DNA of 64,000 nucleotides, taken from positions 115,347 through 179,346 of the forward strand of contig CAZNRH010000001.1 of assembly GCA_964575755.1 (NCBI GenBank), written 5' to 3'. This document shows, one piece after another, positions 31,442 through 40,014 of this stretch. The first letter of the stretch is position 1. Every line of letters starts with the position of its first letter. The notes beneath the pieces were generated by a model. It saw only the letters and a list, made by a program, of their open reading frames with translations. It ran no database searches and was not told the origin of the DNA. Source of the stretch: an uncultured Candidatus Saccharibacteria bacterium (lineage in GTDB: Bacteria; Patescibacteriota; Minisyncoccia; Phycocordibacterales; JABMNX01). Position numbers and translations under genes: made by a program.

Positions 31442-31921
31442 TCACAAAGAGGAGGAAGAACTAATACCGAATAGTGGGAAGAACCCAACTTCGCCTACGT
31501 TCATTTTATCCTCCTCATCAAGAATCGTTACCGTCTCTTCAAAATGATTCAAGTAACGGTTCAGTTCTTCACGAAGTGCGTCCTTTGAGAAAGAAGAGTG
31601 CTGTACATGAACCCCTTCAATTTCACAACCAAGAAGTTTGAGTTCATTGAACACCTCTGAGAAATCACCATCTTCTACGTCTATAAACGCAGGTAATGAA
31701 TTCCAAGCAACCACGTCCTCTGTTACGTCACGACAGCAATGTAAAAGATACGCATAGTTATTTAAAGAAGACTTTCGATACTTCAACGCAAGTTGGGTTG
31801 GGAGTTCTTTGATGAGTTTCCGCATCAAACAACGCAACACTACCTGTTGGAGTATAGAGAGTTTAATGTCATTCATTGGAACCTCCACCAAAATAATATC
31901 TAATTTAACAATACCACACAA
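31442..31921 (-). CDS. hypothetical protein (island ORF; alternative start at 31876, MNDIKL)
   Basis: 159 aa ORF with no recognisable motif. Confidence 0.4.
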   Translation of the reverse strand: MCGIVKLDIILVEVPMNDIKLSILQQVVLRCLMRKLIKELPTQLALKYRKSSLNNYAYLLHCCRDVTEDVVAWNSLPAFIDVEDGDFSEVFNELKLLGCEIEGVHVQHSSFSKDALREELNRYLNHFEETVTILDEEDKMNVGEVGFFPLFGISSSSSL

Positions 31922-32159
31922 ATCAAAACTTGTCAGCTCCGTCTATTGAGTTTAATAAGAACCTCTATACTAGAGTTAGACCAGTTTGAAATTGCATGCA
32001 TTCAAAATTATTGTAATGCATTTGGCGGGGAAGGTACTCAAGATAAATCTACTACGTGAAATGTTATGCTATTTTGAAGCTTGATTGACAAACGTGTTTA
32101 AATTAGTTTTAATGAAGCTGTAAGAGTACATTTACATCAACTTTAACCAGAATCGGAGT

Positions 32160-32822
32160 ATGAAAATGGGAGCCATGAATAAGCACCCTTCTTGTCAGTC
32201 CACATGGCTTGTGACTACCAATGCAACTCGTTGCGTCTCGAGTTCATTTGCTGACCTTATGTTGGCTAACACCTTTTTAGAGCAAGCATTGATTGCTGAA
32301 ATGGAAGGTGGTTGCGACAAAGACGCTGTCACGAACATGATCCAGTCGGCAGTGAAATCCCGGGACACTATTCGCGAGGCCAGCGACTTACTTGTTGAGG
32401 CGATACAGTTGGGAGAGCAGACGGGTACACCGTACGCCGAACAGTTCTCTTCGCTTGTCCCTCACAAGCTCGGATTGCTCTGGAACACTTCCATTGTTCC
32501 TGGGCAAATGGAAACGGTCGTTGAAGTTTCAGCGGAAATCAAGGGCGACCACCTTGCTCCGTCCAGACGATTTGTTTCCGATCTCAGGCGTCTTGAAGAA
32601 CTCACCGACAGTGTCGTTGTGGCGTTCGAGTCTCTTGTGACATTCGCGCACGACGGAAATCTTCGACTGGCTTTGGAAGAGAATCGGGTGCCAATTCAGG
32701 CCGACTTTGCTCTTCTTTTGACAAAGTGGATGAAGTTCCTTGGGGAGTACGTTATTGACTCTCTTGTGGCGACCCATGTTGCGTTCGAAGCAAAAGGTCA
32801 TCAAGCCCTGGAAGCTTCTTGA
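32160..32822 (+). CDS. hypothetical protein (island ORF, about 50% GC)
   Basis: 220 aa; strongly GC-elevated codon usage compared with neighbours; no recognisable motif. Confidence 0.45.
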   Translation: MKMGAMNKHPSCQSTWLVTTNATRCVSSSFADLMLANTFLEQALIAEMEGGCDKDAVTNMIQSAVKSRDTIREASDLLVEAIQLGEQTGTPYAEQFSSLVPHKLGLLWNTSIVPGQMETVVEVSAEIKGDHLAPSRRFVSDLRRLEELTDSVVVAFESLVTFAHDGNLRLALEENRVPIQADFALLLTKWMKFLGEYVIDSLVATHVAFEAKGHQALEAS

Positions 32823-32904
32823 TTCGGCACGGAAGTCAAAAAATACATGAGTGCGGGTAGTAAAGTCTACTCGTACTCATTTTTTTTATTACCTTTTTTA
32901 TATA

Positions 32905-33720
32905 TTAAGTGCAAAAGTTTTCAATAAATTCGCACCATTCTGTTTTTTGGATTGTTAATAAGTCCGACAGAGGAATATTTTTTATATTAAATGTTTCTAC
33001 TAGACTCAGTCCTAGATAATACCCAGCACGAAATGTCCGGACATCCTGGTCATTATTAGCGAGAAATAATTCTTTACTTGAGGTTCGTCTATCTAAAGAT
33101 AATTCTTCTTGAACTTCTTTCCATAAGATTTCTTTTTCTTCTTCGCAATCAGAGAACCATTTTTGTGCAACTTCTTTATCTAAGAAGTCTGCCCATAAAG
33201 CTTCATTCTTTGTAATACCCATAACCTTCATAGATAAGTACGTAGATAACCCTTCTGTTACAAGCTGTCGTCTTAATGACTCTTTTTCTTCTTTATTTGA
33301 AAAATAAAATTCTGGATTTTTTGAATAATGAAGAGAGTGTAGTATTTCGTGCGTAAGAAAAGCGTCAATTTTGTCAGTCGTGTCGTAAGACTCAATCGCA
33401 ATCCAAGTAATAAAAGAGTTTTTATATTTAAACGAATGCCCATTGGAGCTATTAGATCCTACAAAAAGGATAATTTCTATTGAGTCTGTATTAAAACTAT
33501 TTTCCTTTAATTTCTTTTCTATATAATCTAGTCGAGAAAGAATAAGATCTCGTTGTGTTACTGCACCTGTTTCATCTAGAGTCGGTTTGAAATATTTTTC
33601 TTCTGCCCAATATGTAAAATAATGTTTAAAAAGCTCAGGATGCACCTTTTTATACGAAGATATGTTGTCTTCGTGTAGTACTTTTTCTATATATTCTCCT
33701 GTTAAGTCCGTAATTCTCAT
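32905..33720 (-). CDS. putative zinc-dependent peptidase (HExxH motif, DUF2268-like)
   Basis: LTHEILHSLHY HExxH motif; start set at ATG 33720 (MRITDL) because the longer ORF-track start would overlap the tRNA 3' exon. Confidence 0.5.
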   Translation of the reverse strand: MRITDLTGEYIEKVLHEDNISSYKKVHPELFKHYFTYWAEEKYFKPTLDETGAVTQRDLILSRLDYIEKKLKENSFNTDSIEIILFVGSNSSNGHSFKYKNSFITWIAIESYDTTDKIDAFLTHEILHSLHYSKNPEFYFSNKEEKESLRRQLVTEGLSTYLSMKVMGITKNEALWADFLDKEVAQKWFSDCEEEKEILWKEVQEELSLDRRTSSKELFLANNDQDVRTFRAGYYLGLSLVETFNIKNIPLSDLLTIQKTEWCEFIENFCT

Positions 33721-33836
33721 AAGTAAAGTATAGCAAATGGTTCGAATCCTGTCGGGGGTCAACCAAAAGAGCCTTATTTGAAAGGCTCTTAAATCGGGCT
33801 CCGGCGACAGGACTCGAACCTGTGACATCCTCGTTA

Positions 33837-34408
33837 CACTTATCCTATTGTTTCCATTAGGGGTGGACTATATCATCATCCTTTTACACATGAAGTGTGA
33901 AGTGGGATGCAAGGCGCTTCGACCCTGTAAACTACAGGGGCTACTCCCGTAAGGGATAGTCTCTGAACCTTCAATGCACATAAGTGCAAAGCTTGGCTGC
34001 TGATTGCCCACAACATTACTTGCTAGGGTTTCCAGACAGTTCACCTTGTTTTCAATCCATGATTACTCATGAATGCTGCGTTTTCCGCCATGTACTTCTC
34101 TGTAACAATTTGCGCATAGGAGTATGCATCTATCTGCTTCAGCCTTTATTTTCTCCCAAGATCTGGTAAGTCCGCGGACAGACAGAATTCTTTTTGAGAT
34201 GGATCAAGGTGGTGCAAATCAAATGCTTCTGCATAACAACTATATCCACAAAGTTTACATTTACCGCCTTTATACTCAATGACCATTTGCTTCAACTTTC
34301 GTCGACGTTTTGCAACGGCTTTTATTAAGTACTCTCTGCGATCAGCGTACGTTCTTTTATCTGACATAGTATAAGTATACTATGTAAATTAGACGGGAAT
34401 TGTGTTCC
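33837..34408 (-). mobile_element. group I-like self-splicing intron carrying an HNH homing-endonuclease ORF
   Basis: 5' exon ends in U; the intron ends in G; candidate IGS GCAGC (complement of 34074..34078) pairs with exon end GCUGU including a U-G wobble; P2 hairpin CAUGA-GUAA-UCAUG; P7 strands GACUA...UAGUC; P9 hairpin CCUAAUGGAAACAAUAGG before omega-G. Confidence 0.65.
34146..34367 (-). CDS. HNH endonuclease (intron-encoded)
   Basis: 73 aa; CKLCGY ... FDLHHLDP (CxxC plus HH of the HNH motif); lies entirely inside the tRNA intervening sequence. Confidence 0.7.
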   Translation of the reverse strand: MSDKRTYADRREYLIKAVAKRRRKLKQMVIEYKGGKCKLCGYSCYAEAFDLHHLDPSQKEFCLSADLPDLGRK

Positions 34409-34455
34409 ACAGCGAGGCGCTCTACCAACTGAGCTACACCGGAATATATTTTACT

Positions 34456-34502
34456 TCTGGCAAGCAGGTCATCAACTGAGTCGGCAACCTACTTGCCAGA
34501 AT
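34456..34502. other. 10-bp-stem hairpin immediately upstream of the tRNA-Asn 5' end (ttctggcaag...cttgccagaa)
   Basis: Seen directly; T-run on the plus strand after it. Confidence 0.35.
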
Positions 34503-34614
34503 ATGTTCTTTTTTAAAGAACTCACATATTTTACAACAGTATGGCGTTATTGCAATCATTTTTAGGCTTTTACTCGTGTTATACTTTAAGCATTAAAAAT
34601 CACCGAAAATTTAT

Positions 34615-34911
34615 ATGTTGACACTATATGTGAGGAATGGATGTCCGTTTTGTGAGATAGTGCTTGCAAAAATAAAGTATCTCGATTTAAAAATAGAATT
34701 AAAAGATATTGCAGATGAAGAAGTCACTCAAGAACTTATAGCAAGAGGCGGCAAAAAACAGGTGCCGTATTTTACCGACTCTGACCGCAATGTTGAAATG
34801 TATGAGTCGCACGATATAAATATGTACTTGAGTGATAATTACGGAGCGACTTCAAGTGAAGGAGGTATAAAAGAAGAAAGTAATTCACCGAAAGTATGTA
34901 CGTTAGAGTGA
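34615..34911 (+). CDS. glutaredoxin-like protein
   Basis: 98 aa; N-terminal CPFC active site in a thioredoxin-fold context. Confidence 0.8.
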   Translation: MLTLYVRNGCPFCEIVLAKIKYLDLKIELKDIADEEVTQELIARGGKKQVPYFTDSDRNVEMYESHDINMYLSDNYGATSSEGGIKEESNSPKVCTLE

Positions 34912-35114
34912 TAGCACATCCAGGTGCAAAGAAGGAGCGTATATTAAAGGAATCCGATTCAGAATATACTATATCTGTACGCGAGAAAGCTGAGCGTAAC
35001 CTAGCGAACAAGAGGATTGTTACAATAATTGCACAAGAGCTTAATGTTGAAGAGAGTAGGGTTCGTATATTAAGCGGACATCGCTCCCAAAGAAAACTTA
35101 TTAGTATAGAATAA
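34896..35114 (+). CDS. DUF167 (YggU) family protein
   Basis: 72 aa; VRVIAHPGAKKERI...RVRILSG pattern typical of UPF0235/YggU. Confidence 0.65.
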   Translation: MYVRVIAHPGAKKERILKESDSEYTISVREKAERNLANKRIVTIIAQELNVEESRVRILSGHRSQRKLISIE

Positions 35115-35119
35115 TTAAT

Positions 35120-35482
35120 ATGCACTACAATATTAAAAGCACAGACTTTGACATGACTCCAGAGATATCTAAGTATCTCGATGATAAGTTAACAACAATA
35201 GAAAAATATCTAGACAAAGATGATGAAAGTATTAAATGTGATGTAGAAATAGGGAAGACAACAGACCATCACAAGACAGGAAATGTTTATAGAGCTGAGA
35301 TAAACGTATCAGTAGGGAAGAAGATGTTCCGAGCAGTGGCAGAAGAAGAATCGATATACGCAGCAATTGATATTGTTAAAGATGAAATTACAAAACGACT
35401 AAAACGTCAAAAAGGCAAAAACTTCGCGCTACTTAAGCGAGGCGGAGAAAAGATGAAAAACCTACTTAGATTTGGAAGATAA
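35120..35482 (+). CDS. hpf: ribosome hibernation promoting factor / RaiA family
   Basis: 120 aa; beta-alpha-beta-beta-beta-alpha pattern; MHYNIKSTDFDMTPEISKYLDDKL...YAAIDIVKDEITKRLKRQKGK. Confidence 0.8.
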   Translation: MHYNIKSTDFDMTPEISKYLDDKLTTIEKYLDKDDESIKCDVEIGKTTDHHKTGNVYRAEINVSVGKKMFRAVAEEESIYAAIDIVKDEITKRLKRQKGKNFALLKRGGEKMKNLLRFGR

Positions 35483-35555
35483 AATTCGATATTGTATGAA
35501 AAGTTCAGATTTTTACGAATAGTTTAAAATAAAAGAGTATAAGTATTTCAATCTT

Positions 35556-35939
35556 TTGGTGCATGGAAATCAGTCAAACCTTGGACGCGCAGTAGTGTGG
35601 CTTTTAAAAGAAGGAAGAATGCAACGTCTTTCGCATATATCTAGAGATGAGCGAGAGGAGTTATTTTCTGTGATAATGCCAGAGTACGAAAAAGCACTTG
35701 AAAGACTGTGGAAACCTGACTACATGAACTATTCTTGGCTCGGAAATAACTTTGGAAGTCACGAAGGACACGGACATATGCATCTTATTCCACGCTACGA
35801 ATCCTCACGAGGATTTGAAGATCATATATTCACTGATGAGCGATGGAGTAAAAACTATTCTCCCAGTCCACATAGCGATGCTTCAAAAGAAATTGTCCTC
35901 AATATAAAAAAAGCTATTCAGAACGAAATAAACAGCTGA
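35556..35939 (+). CDS. HIT-family hydrolase (start uncertain: TTG 35556, GTG 35559 or ATG 35616)
   Basis: Histidine triad HGHMHLIPR. Confidence 0.6.
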   Translation: MVHGNQSNLGRAVVWLLKEGRMQRLSHISRDEREELFSVIMPEYEKALERLWKPDYMNYSWLGNNFGSHEGHGHMHLIPRYESSRGFEDHIFTDERWSKNYSPSPHSDASKEIVLNIKKAIQNEINS

Positions 35940-35953
35940 GGTACCTCAGCTGT

Positions 35954-36808
35954 TTATTTTATAAAGTCAGAGTAGTTTATCTCGTTTTTACCCTCTGGTA
36001 TTATGCGGATTATTTTAAGTTTATTATTTTCTATTTCTGCATCAATAATTTTTATACGCTTCTCATCAACAAAAAAATATGTTCCAGGCCATCCTTCATA
36101 CGCTCGTATTTTAAGTAGGTTTTGATACGGGTCGTCATCTAGATTTATTAGCCCGTCTTTCTTTGTAATTTTTTTCGTTAAGGTTGCTTTGCTGTGATCT
36201 TGCTCTGTTGGTGTTATTTCTCCTTTAATCCACTTTGGGAGTAAACCTGCAAGCATCTTACCTCCGTGTCGAGCAAGTTTTTCTTCTAACTCGCTAGCAT
36301 GTGGAGGCCACTGTGATACTTCAATTTTATCTTGTGCAAGCATTGGTCCATGGTCCATCTCATTATCAACAAGCATTATTGTTACACCAATTTCTTTTTC
36401 ATCTGCTAAGATCGCTCCGCGGATTGGGTTTGCTCCACGTAGCTGTGGTAGTAGAGAAGGGTGTACATTAAGAACTTCATGCTTTGGTATCTTAAGTAGG
36501 CTCTTTGGTAAAAACTTTCCATATGCAGCCACAACAAATACATCCCATTCACCCTGTGGAGCTTTATCTTTAAGTTCTATCAAGAACTCGTCATCAATTT
36601 TATCTGGTTGTAGTACTGGAATACTATGCACTTGCGCCCATACTTTGGTTTCAGATGGTGTGATTACCATTTTTCTCCCTTGTGGCTTGTCTGGTGTTGT
36701 AACAACGAGTGATGGTACGATGCCTCCTTTTTCTAGTTCTTCAAGTACAAACACAGAAATCTGTGGAGTCCCAAAGAAAACTATTTTGTAATCATATTCA
36801 TTACTCAT
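35954..36808 (-). CDS. fmt: methionyl-tRNA formyltransferase
   Basis: 284 aa; KIVFFGTPQ N-terminus, NVHPSLLPQLRGANPI catalytic region; overlaps def (def-fmt operon). Confidence 0.93.
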   Translation of the reverse strand: MSNEYDYKIVFFGTPQISVFVLEELEKGGIVPSLVVTTPDKPQGRKMVITPSETKVWAQVHSIPVLQPDKIDDEFLIELKDKAPQGEWDVFVVAAYGKFLPKSLLKIPKHEVLNVHPSLLPQLRGANPIRGAILADEKEIGVTIMLVDNEMDHGPMLAQDKIEVSQWPPHASELEEKLARHGGKMLAGLLPKWIKGEITPTEQDHSKATLTKKITKKDGLINLDDDPYQNLLKIRAYEGWPGTYFFVDEKRIKIIDAEIENNKLKIIRIIPEGKNEINYSDFIK

Positions 36809-37358
36809 CAGCTGTTTTGTCCTCTGTTTTTATCTCTTTAATATCGCTTGCGTGGTCTATATAGAGAATACCGTTAAGGTGATCGATTTCGTGTTGGAAG
36901 ATTTGAGACAAAAGACCACTTGTGCCTTTTGTAAACTTAACGCCGTGTTCATCGTACGCTTCAATAGTTACCTTATCTATACGTTTTACAGTACCGTAAT
37001 ACCCGTCAACAGAAAGACATGCTTCTTCAAGTTTATTAGTTTTCTTTGATGTCTTTATAATTTTTGGGTTTATATATACTAGTTTAAACTTTTTTCTATC
37101 CTCGTTTTTTACTCCTTCGGGTTGTATTCCAACTTTGTCTTTACTTCTATTCTCTAAAACTTTACTAGCTACAATAAATATTTGCTTAGACACCCCTATC
37201 TGAGGTGCAGCAAGAGCAACGCCATGCTCTTTTCCATCAAGAACATCAAACATATCTTTAATAAGCGATTGTATATCATCGCTTTTAATATCTTTCACAG
37301 GCACTTCCTCAGTTTTTTTATGAAGTATCTCTGTTTCTTTTTGAACAATTTCTTTCAT
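36801..37358 (-). CDS. def: peptide deformylase
   Basis: Motifs GVALAAPQIG, EACLSV, HEIDHLNG. Confidence 0.95.
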   Translation of the reverse strand: MKEIVQKETEILHKKTEEVPVKDIKSDDIQSLIKDMFDVLDGKEHGVALAAPQIGVSKQIFIVASKVLENRSKDKVGIQPEGVKNEDRKKFKLVYINPKIIKTSKKTNKLEEACLSVDGYYGTVKRIDKVTIEAYDEHGVKFTKGTSGLLSQIFQHEIDHLNGILYIDHASDIKEIKTEDKTADE

Positions 37359-37430
37359 ATATGGTTTTACTATACTCTCACACTAATTTTATTTCCACCG
37401 TATGTGATTTATTTAAGAATAAATAAAGAT

Positions 37431-39335
37431 TTACAACAAGCTCTCGGGGTCTACTTTTATAAGGATTTGTGGTGGTAGAGAGCGAAGTTTTTTCAGTAGG
37501 TCTTTGGCTTGCTCAGGGTTAGACCACATCTCTGGTTTAATTTTAATAAGAGCATGACTGGTCTGCTTTCCGTGCCCTGAGGGTATAAACGCAGAGAATA
37601 CTCGCAAATCATAATCTTTAAATAACTCTTCGAGCATGTCGAGCCCCTTAGAGACAGCTATTTTAGTGCCTGAAATAGTGAGCTTAATAAATAAAGAAAA
37701 GGGCGGATATTCAAGATCTTTTCTTAACTTAATTTCTCTACGGTAAAACTCTAACAGGTTTCCATGCACAGCATCTTTGAGTACTTGTTGTTCCGGATTA
37801 CGTGTTTGTAGTAGAAACGATTGTTGAGCCAAAGAGCGCAGCGTGAGTAGTATGGAAAATATTTTTGTTTCAATTTTAAAGTCTGGAATAGACAGCAGAG
37901 AGTCCATTGATGCAATAGCAATATGCTCTATTGGATCCTCTATGTGAGAAAGCGCCATCTCTGTACCAATTAATACACTTCCTGGTGTATTTTTCCATTG
38001 CTCAATAACTACTCTGGCTTTTTTATACGTACTTGTTACATCGCTATCAATACGGAAAAAGATATGTTTTGGAAAACGTTCTTTTAGTTGCTCTTCTATT
38101 AGCTGAATCCCTGCGCCAAGTGCTACTAATTTCCAACCACCACAAACACGACATGTTTCGTTTGCCGAGCGCACCTCGCCATTTTGATGACAATAAAATA
38201 TATTACCCTTACTTGTTTTATGAAGAACCATTGGAGTGTCAGAATACTTACTTATAACCGTTGCGCCACAGTCTGAACACACTGTTGTCGGTGAAAGACC
38301 TCTCCGTGCACTGAAGATAAAGAGATGCGCCGCGCTTTGTTTCGTCTGGTCGACTATATCAGCCAACTCGTCGCTGATTATATCGTACCTACCTTTTAGA
38401 GTCGGTTTGTACTCTCTCATGTCTACTATTGAGTGCTTCGCTGGAGATAGTGGTCTAAAACGAAGGGGTGCAAGCTCAGTAAAAGACCCTTCGTAGTAGT
38501 AGTGAAGTGTTTCAATACGCAGAAATGAATCGGCAAAGATAATGCGTGCCTCTATTTTCTTGGCTAGCATATCTGCAAATACCCTTATATCGACATATGG
38601 ACGTACAAGAGACTTGTATGCACCAGAGCTTTCACGTTCAATTATTATCGTCTTAATATCAGACCGTGGAATTGACAGAAAGATGCCAGTTCCGATTATT
38701 GCTACTGGGTGGTCTGTTTTAAGTGCCTTGTTCCAACGCTCCTGCATTCGTTTTTTAGTGAGACTACTGTGAAGTCCAAACATATATGAATCTATACCTT
38801 TTTCTGACTTTGAAACAAATTGTTCTACATCGTGAAATGTTGGCATGCAGATAAACACAGACTGCTTACGAGCAAAAGCTTCACGAACGAGACTTCTATA
38901 TGTAGAAAAGCGCTCATCTTTATCTGTTTGAAGTACAAGTTTCTCGTAGCTTATTGTTGAAACAGTATTTTTCTTTGAAATAATACTGTGTGCTTCTTGA
39001 GGATTCTCAAGGATAGCTTTAGGTACAAGTAAATTAATAACAGCACCGGCGGTTCCTGTTGTGTAATCTGCCATATCAAGGACTGCCGACATAAATTCAG
39101 GAGAAAAAATTTCATCTTTTTTAACCTCGTCAATCTTTTTAATAGGGTAGGGGGAGAGCTTTAGTCTCGTTTTAACATCTTTCACTTCTTCAGTATATTC
39201 AACAATTGCTGACATCTGCCTGCTTCGAATTGGTACAGTAACAACCGCACCTTTCGGTATGTCTTTTTTTGAAAAATATGAAAGACGGTCTTTGGTGATA
39301 CCGCGCGATATTGGGATTACGTGGACTAGATACAT
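37431..39335 (-). CDS. priA: primosomal protein N' (PriA) homolog with degenerate helicase ATPase motifs
   Basis: 634 aa; N-terminal 3'-DNA-binding domain; Cys-rich zinc-finger insert (CSDCG...CHQNG...CRVCGG); the positions of Walker A (QTDKDERFS) and Walker B (IIIERESS) are non-canonical. Confidence 0.75.
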   Translation of the reverse strand: MYLVHVIPISRGITKDRLSYFSKKDIPKGAVVTVPIRSRQMSAIVEYTEEVKDVKTRLKLSPYPIKKIDEVKKDEIFSPEFMSAVLDMADYTTGTAGAVINLLVPKAILENPQEAHSIISKKNTVSTISYEKLVLQTDKDERFSTYRSLVREAFARKQSVFICMPTFHDVEQFVSKSEKGIDSYMFGLHSSLTKKRMQERWNKALKTDHPVAIIGTGIFLSIPRSDIKTIIIERESSGAYKSLVRPYVDIRVFADMLAKKIEARIIFADSFLRIETLHYYYEGSFTELAPLRFRPLSPAKHSIVDMREYKPTLKGRYDIISDELADIVDQTKQSAAHLFIFSARRGLSPTTVCSDCGATVISKYSDTPMVLHKTSKGNIFYCHQNGEVRSANETCRVCGGWKLVALGAGIQLIEEQLKERFPKHIFFRIDSDVTSTYKKARVVIEQWKNTPGSVLIGTEMALSHIEDPIEHIAIASMDSLLSIPDFKIETKIFSILLTLRSLAQQSFLLQTRNPEQQVLKDAVHGNLLEFYRREIKLRKDLEYPPFSLFIKLTISGTKIAVSKGLDMLEELFKDYDLRVFSAFIPSGHGKQTSHALIKIKPEMWSNPEQAKDLLKKLRSLPPQILIKVDPESLL

Positions 39336-39345
39336 ATCTACAGCA

Positions 39346-39480
39346 TACCAAAATTAGAACATGTGTACTTGGCGCACTTCTTTGTTACTTCACAGAACAC
39401 ATCAGTCACCATACGTCCGTATGCCTTCTTCTGTGTTCCGCTCGTGCCTCGAATTGCATCCAAGTACACACGTTCTAATT
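39346..39480 (-). promoter_or_regulatory. large stem-loop (21-bp terminal stem, ~90-nt interior) between the ClpX-ZBD ORF and the priA start
   Basis: aattagaacatgtgtacttgg / ccaagtacacacgttctaatt; the single mismatch becomes a G-U pair only in the minus-strand transcript; the stem ends ~10 nt before the priA ATG. Confidence 0.5.
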
Positions 39481-39589
39481 AATATTGTTAGATCGTTTAG
39501 ATTTAGAGAACTCAATAATTGAAATTAAAAAAAGAAAACCGCCCTTTCGAGCGATTTTGTTACGAGTGAGTAGGTTAGTTTCAAACTCA

Positions 39590-39904
39590 TTATCCTTCAT
39601 TGTCTAGTTGTTTGATAGTCACTGCGAATTCAGCTCGTGCTAACATATCAACCAATGGTTTTTTAAGAACGTCTTCAGGAATTTTTTCTTCGGTATTTAT
39701 ATCCAGTTTTTTTAGAATATATTCTAAATTAAAATCATCCGTGCCAGAATTCCCGTTAGGGTCAAGAATGATATCAAGACACAGTACAACGCACTCGTTG
39801 CATATAAATACTGTTGGTCCAGCAACCAGTTTACGCACTTCATTTTGTGATTTTCCACAAAACGAACAGTAGAGAGTGCTTTTAGATTCGTTACCTTCAC
39901 ACAT
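39590..39904 (-). CDS. stand-alone ClpX-type C4 zinc-binding domain protein
   Basis: 104 aa; [36 protein letters not shown] is near-identical to the ClpX N-terminal ZBD; no AAA+ module follows. Confidence 0.7.
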   Translation of the reverse strand: MCEGNESKSTLYCSFCGKSQNEVRKLVAGPTVFICNECVVLCLDIILDPNGNSGTDDFNLEYILKKLDINTEEKIPEDVLKKPLVDMLARAEFAVTIKQLDNEG

Positions 39905-40014
39905 TTTTAGACTCCCATTATTTAAATGTTGGCTTCTTGTCTGATTCTTAAACTAACACTGATAGTGTCCCATGTCAACTTTTGCTTAGCTCATCATTAT
40001 TTGTAAAACATTCC

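Larger units (their letters stand above)
33799..34443 (-). tRNA. tRNA-Asn(GUU), split by a 572-nt intron between anticodon-loop positions 35 and 36 (exons 34443..34409 and 33836..33799)
   Basis: 5' exon TCCGGTG-TA-GCTCAGTTGGTAGAGC-G-CCTCG-CTGT; 3' exon TAA-CGAGG-ATGTC-ACAGG-TTCGAGT-CCTGT-CGCCGGA-G; the two halves make a 73-nt cloverleaf with U1:A72 and G73 (Asn identity) and anticodon loop CUGUUAA. Confidence 0.75.

Noticed and set aside
33721-33828. N-terminal extension of ORF 32905..33828 (MSQVRVLSPEPDL...)
   Set aside because: It overlaps the tRNA-Asn 3' exon on the same strand. The internal ATG at 33720 (MRITDL) gives a sensible start.
34409-34443. Initial reading of the 5' tRNA half as tRNA-His (anticodon GUG from loop CTGTGGA)
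   Set aside because: No matching 3' anticodon stem follows in that register. Acceptor identity (U1:A72, G73, no G-1) fits Asn, not His. With the 3' half at 33799..33836 and a U|...G| group I splice after CTGT, the loop becomes CUGUUAA (Asn GUU).
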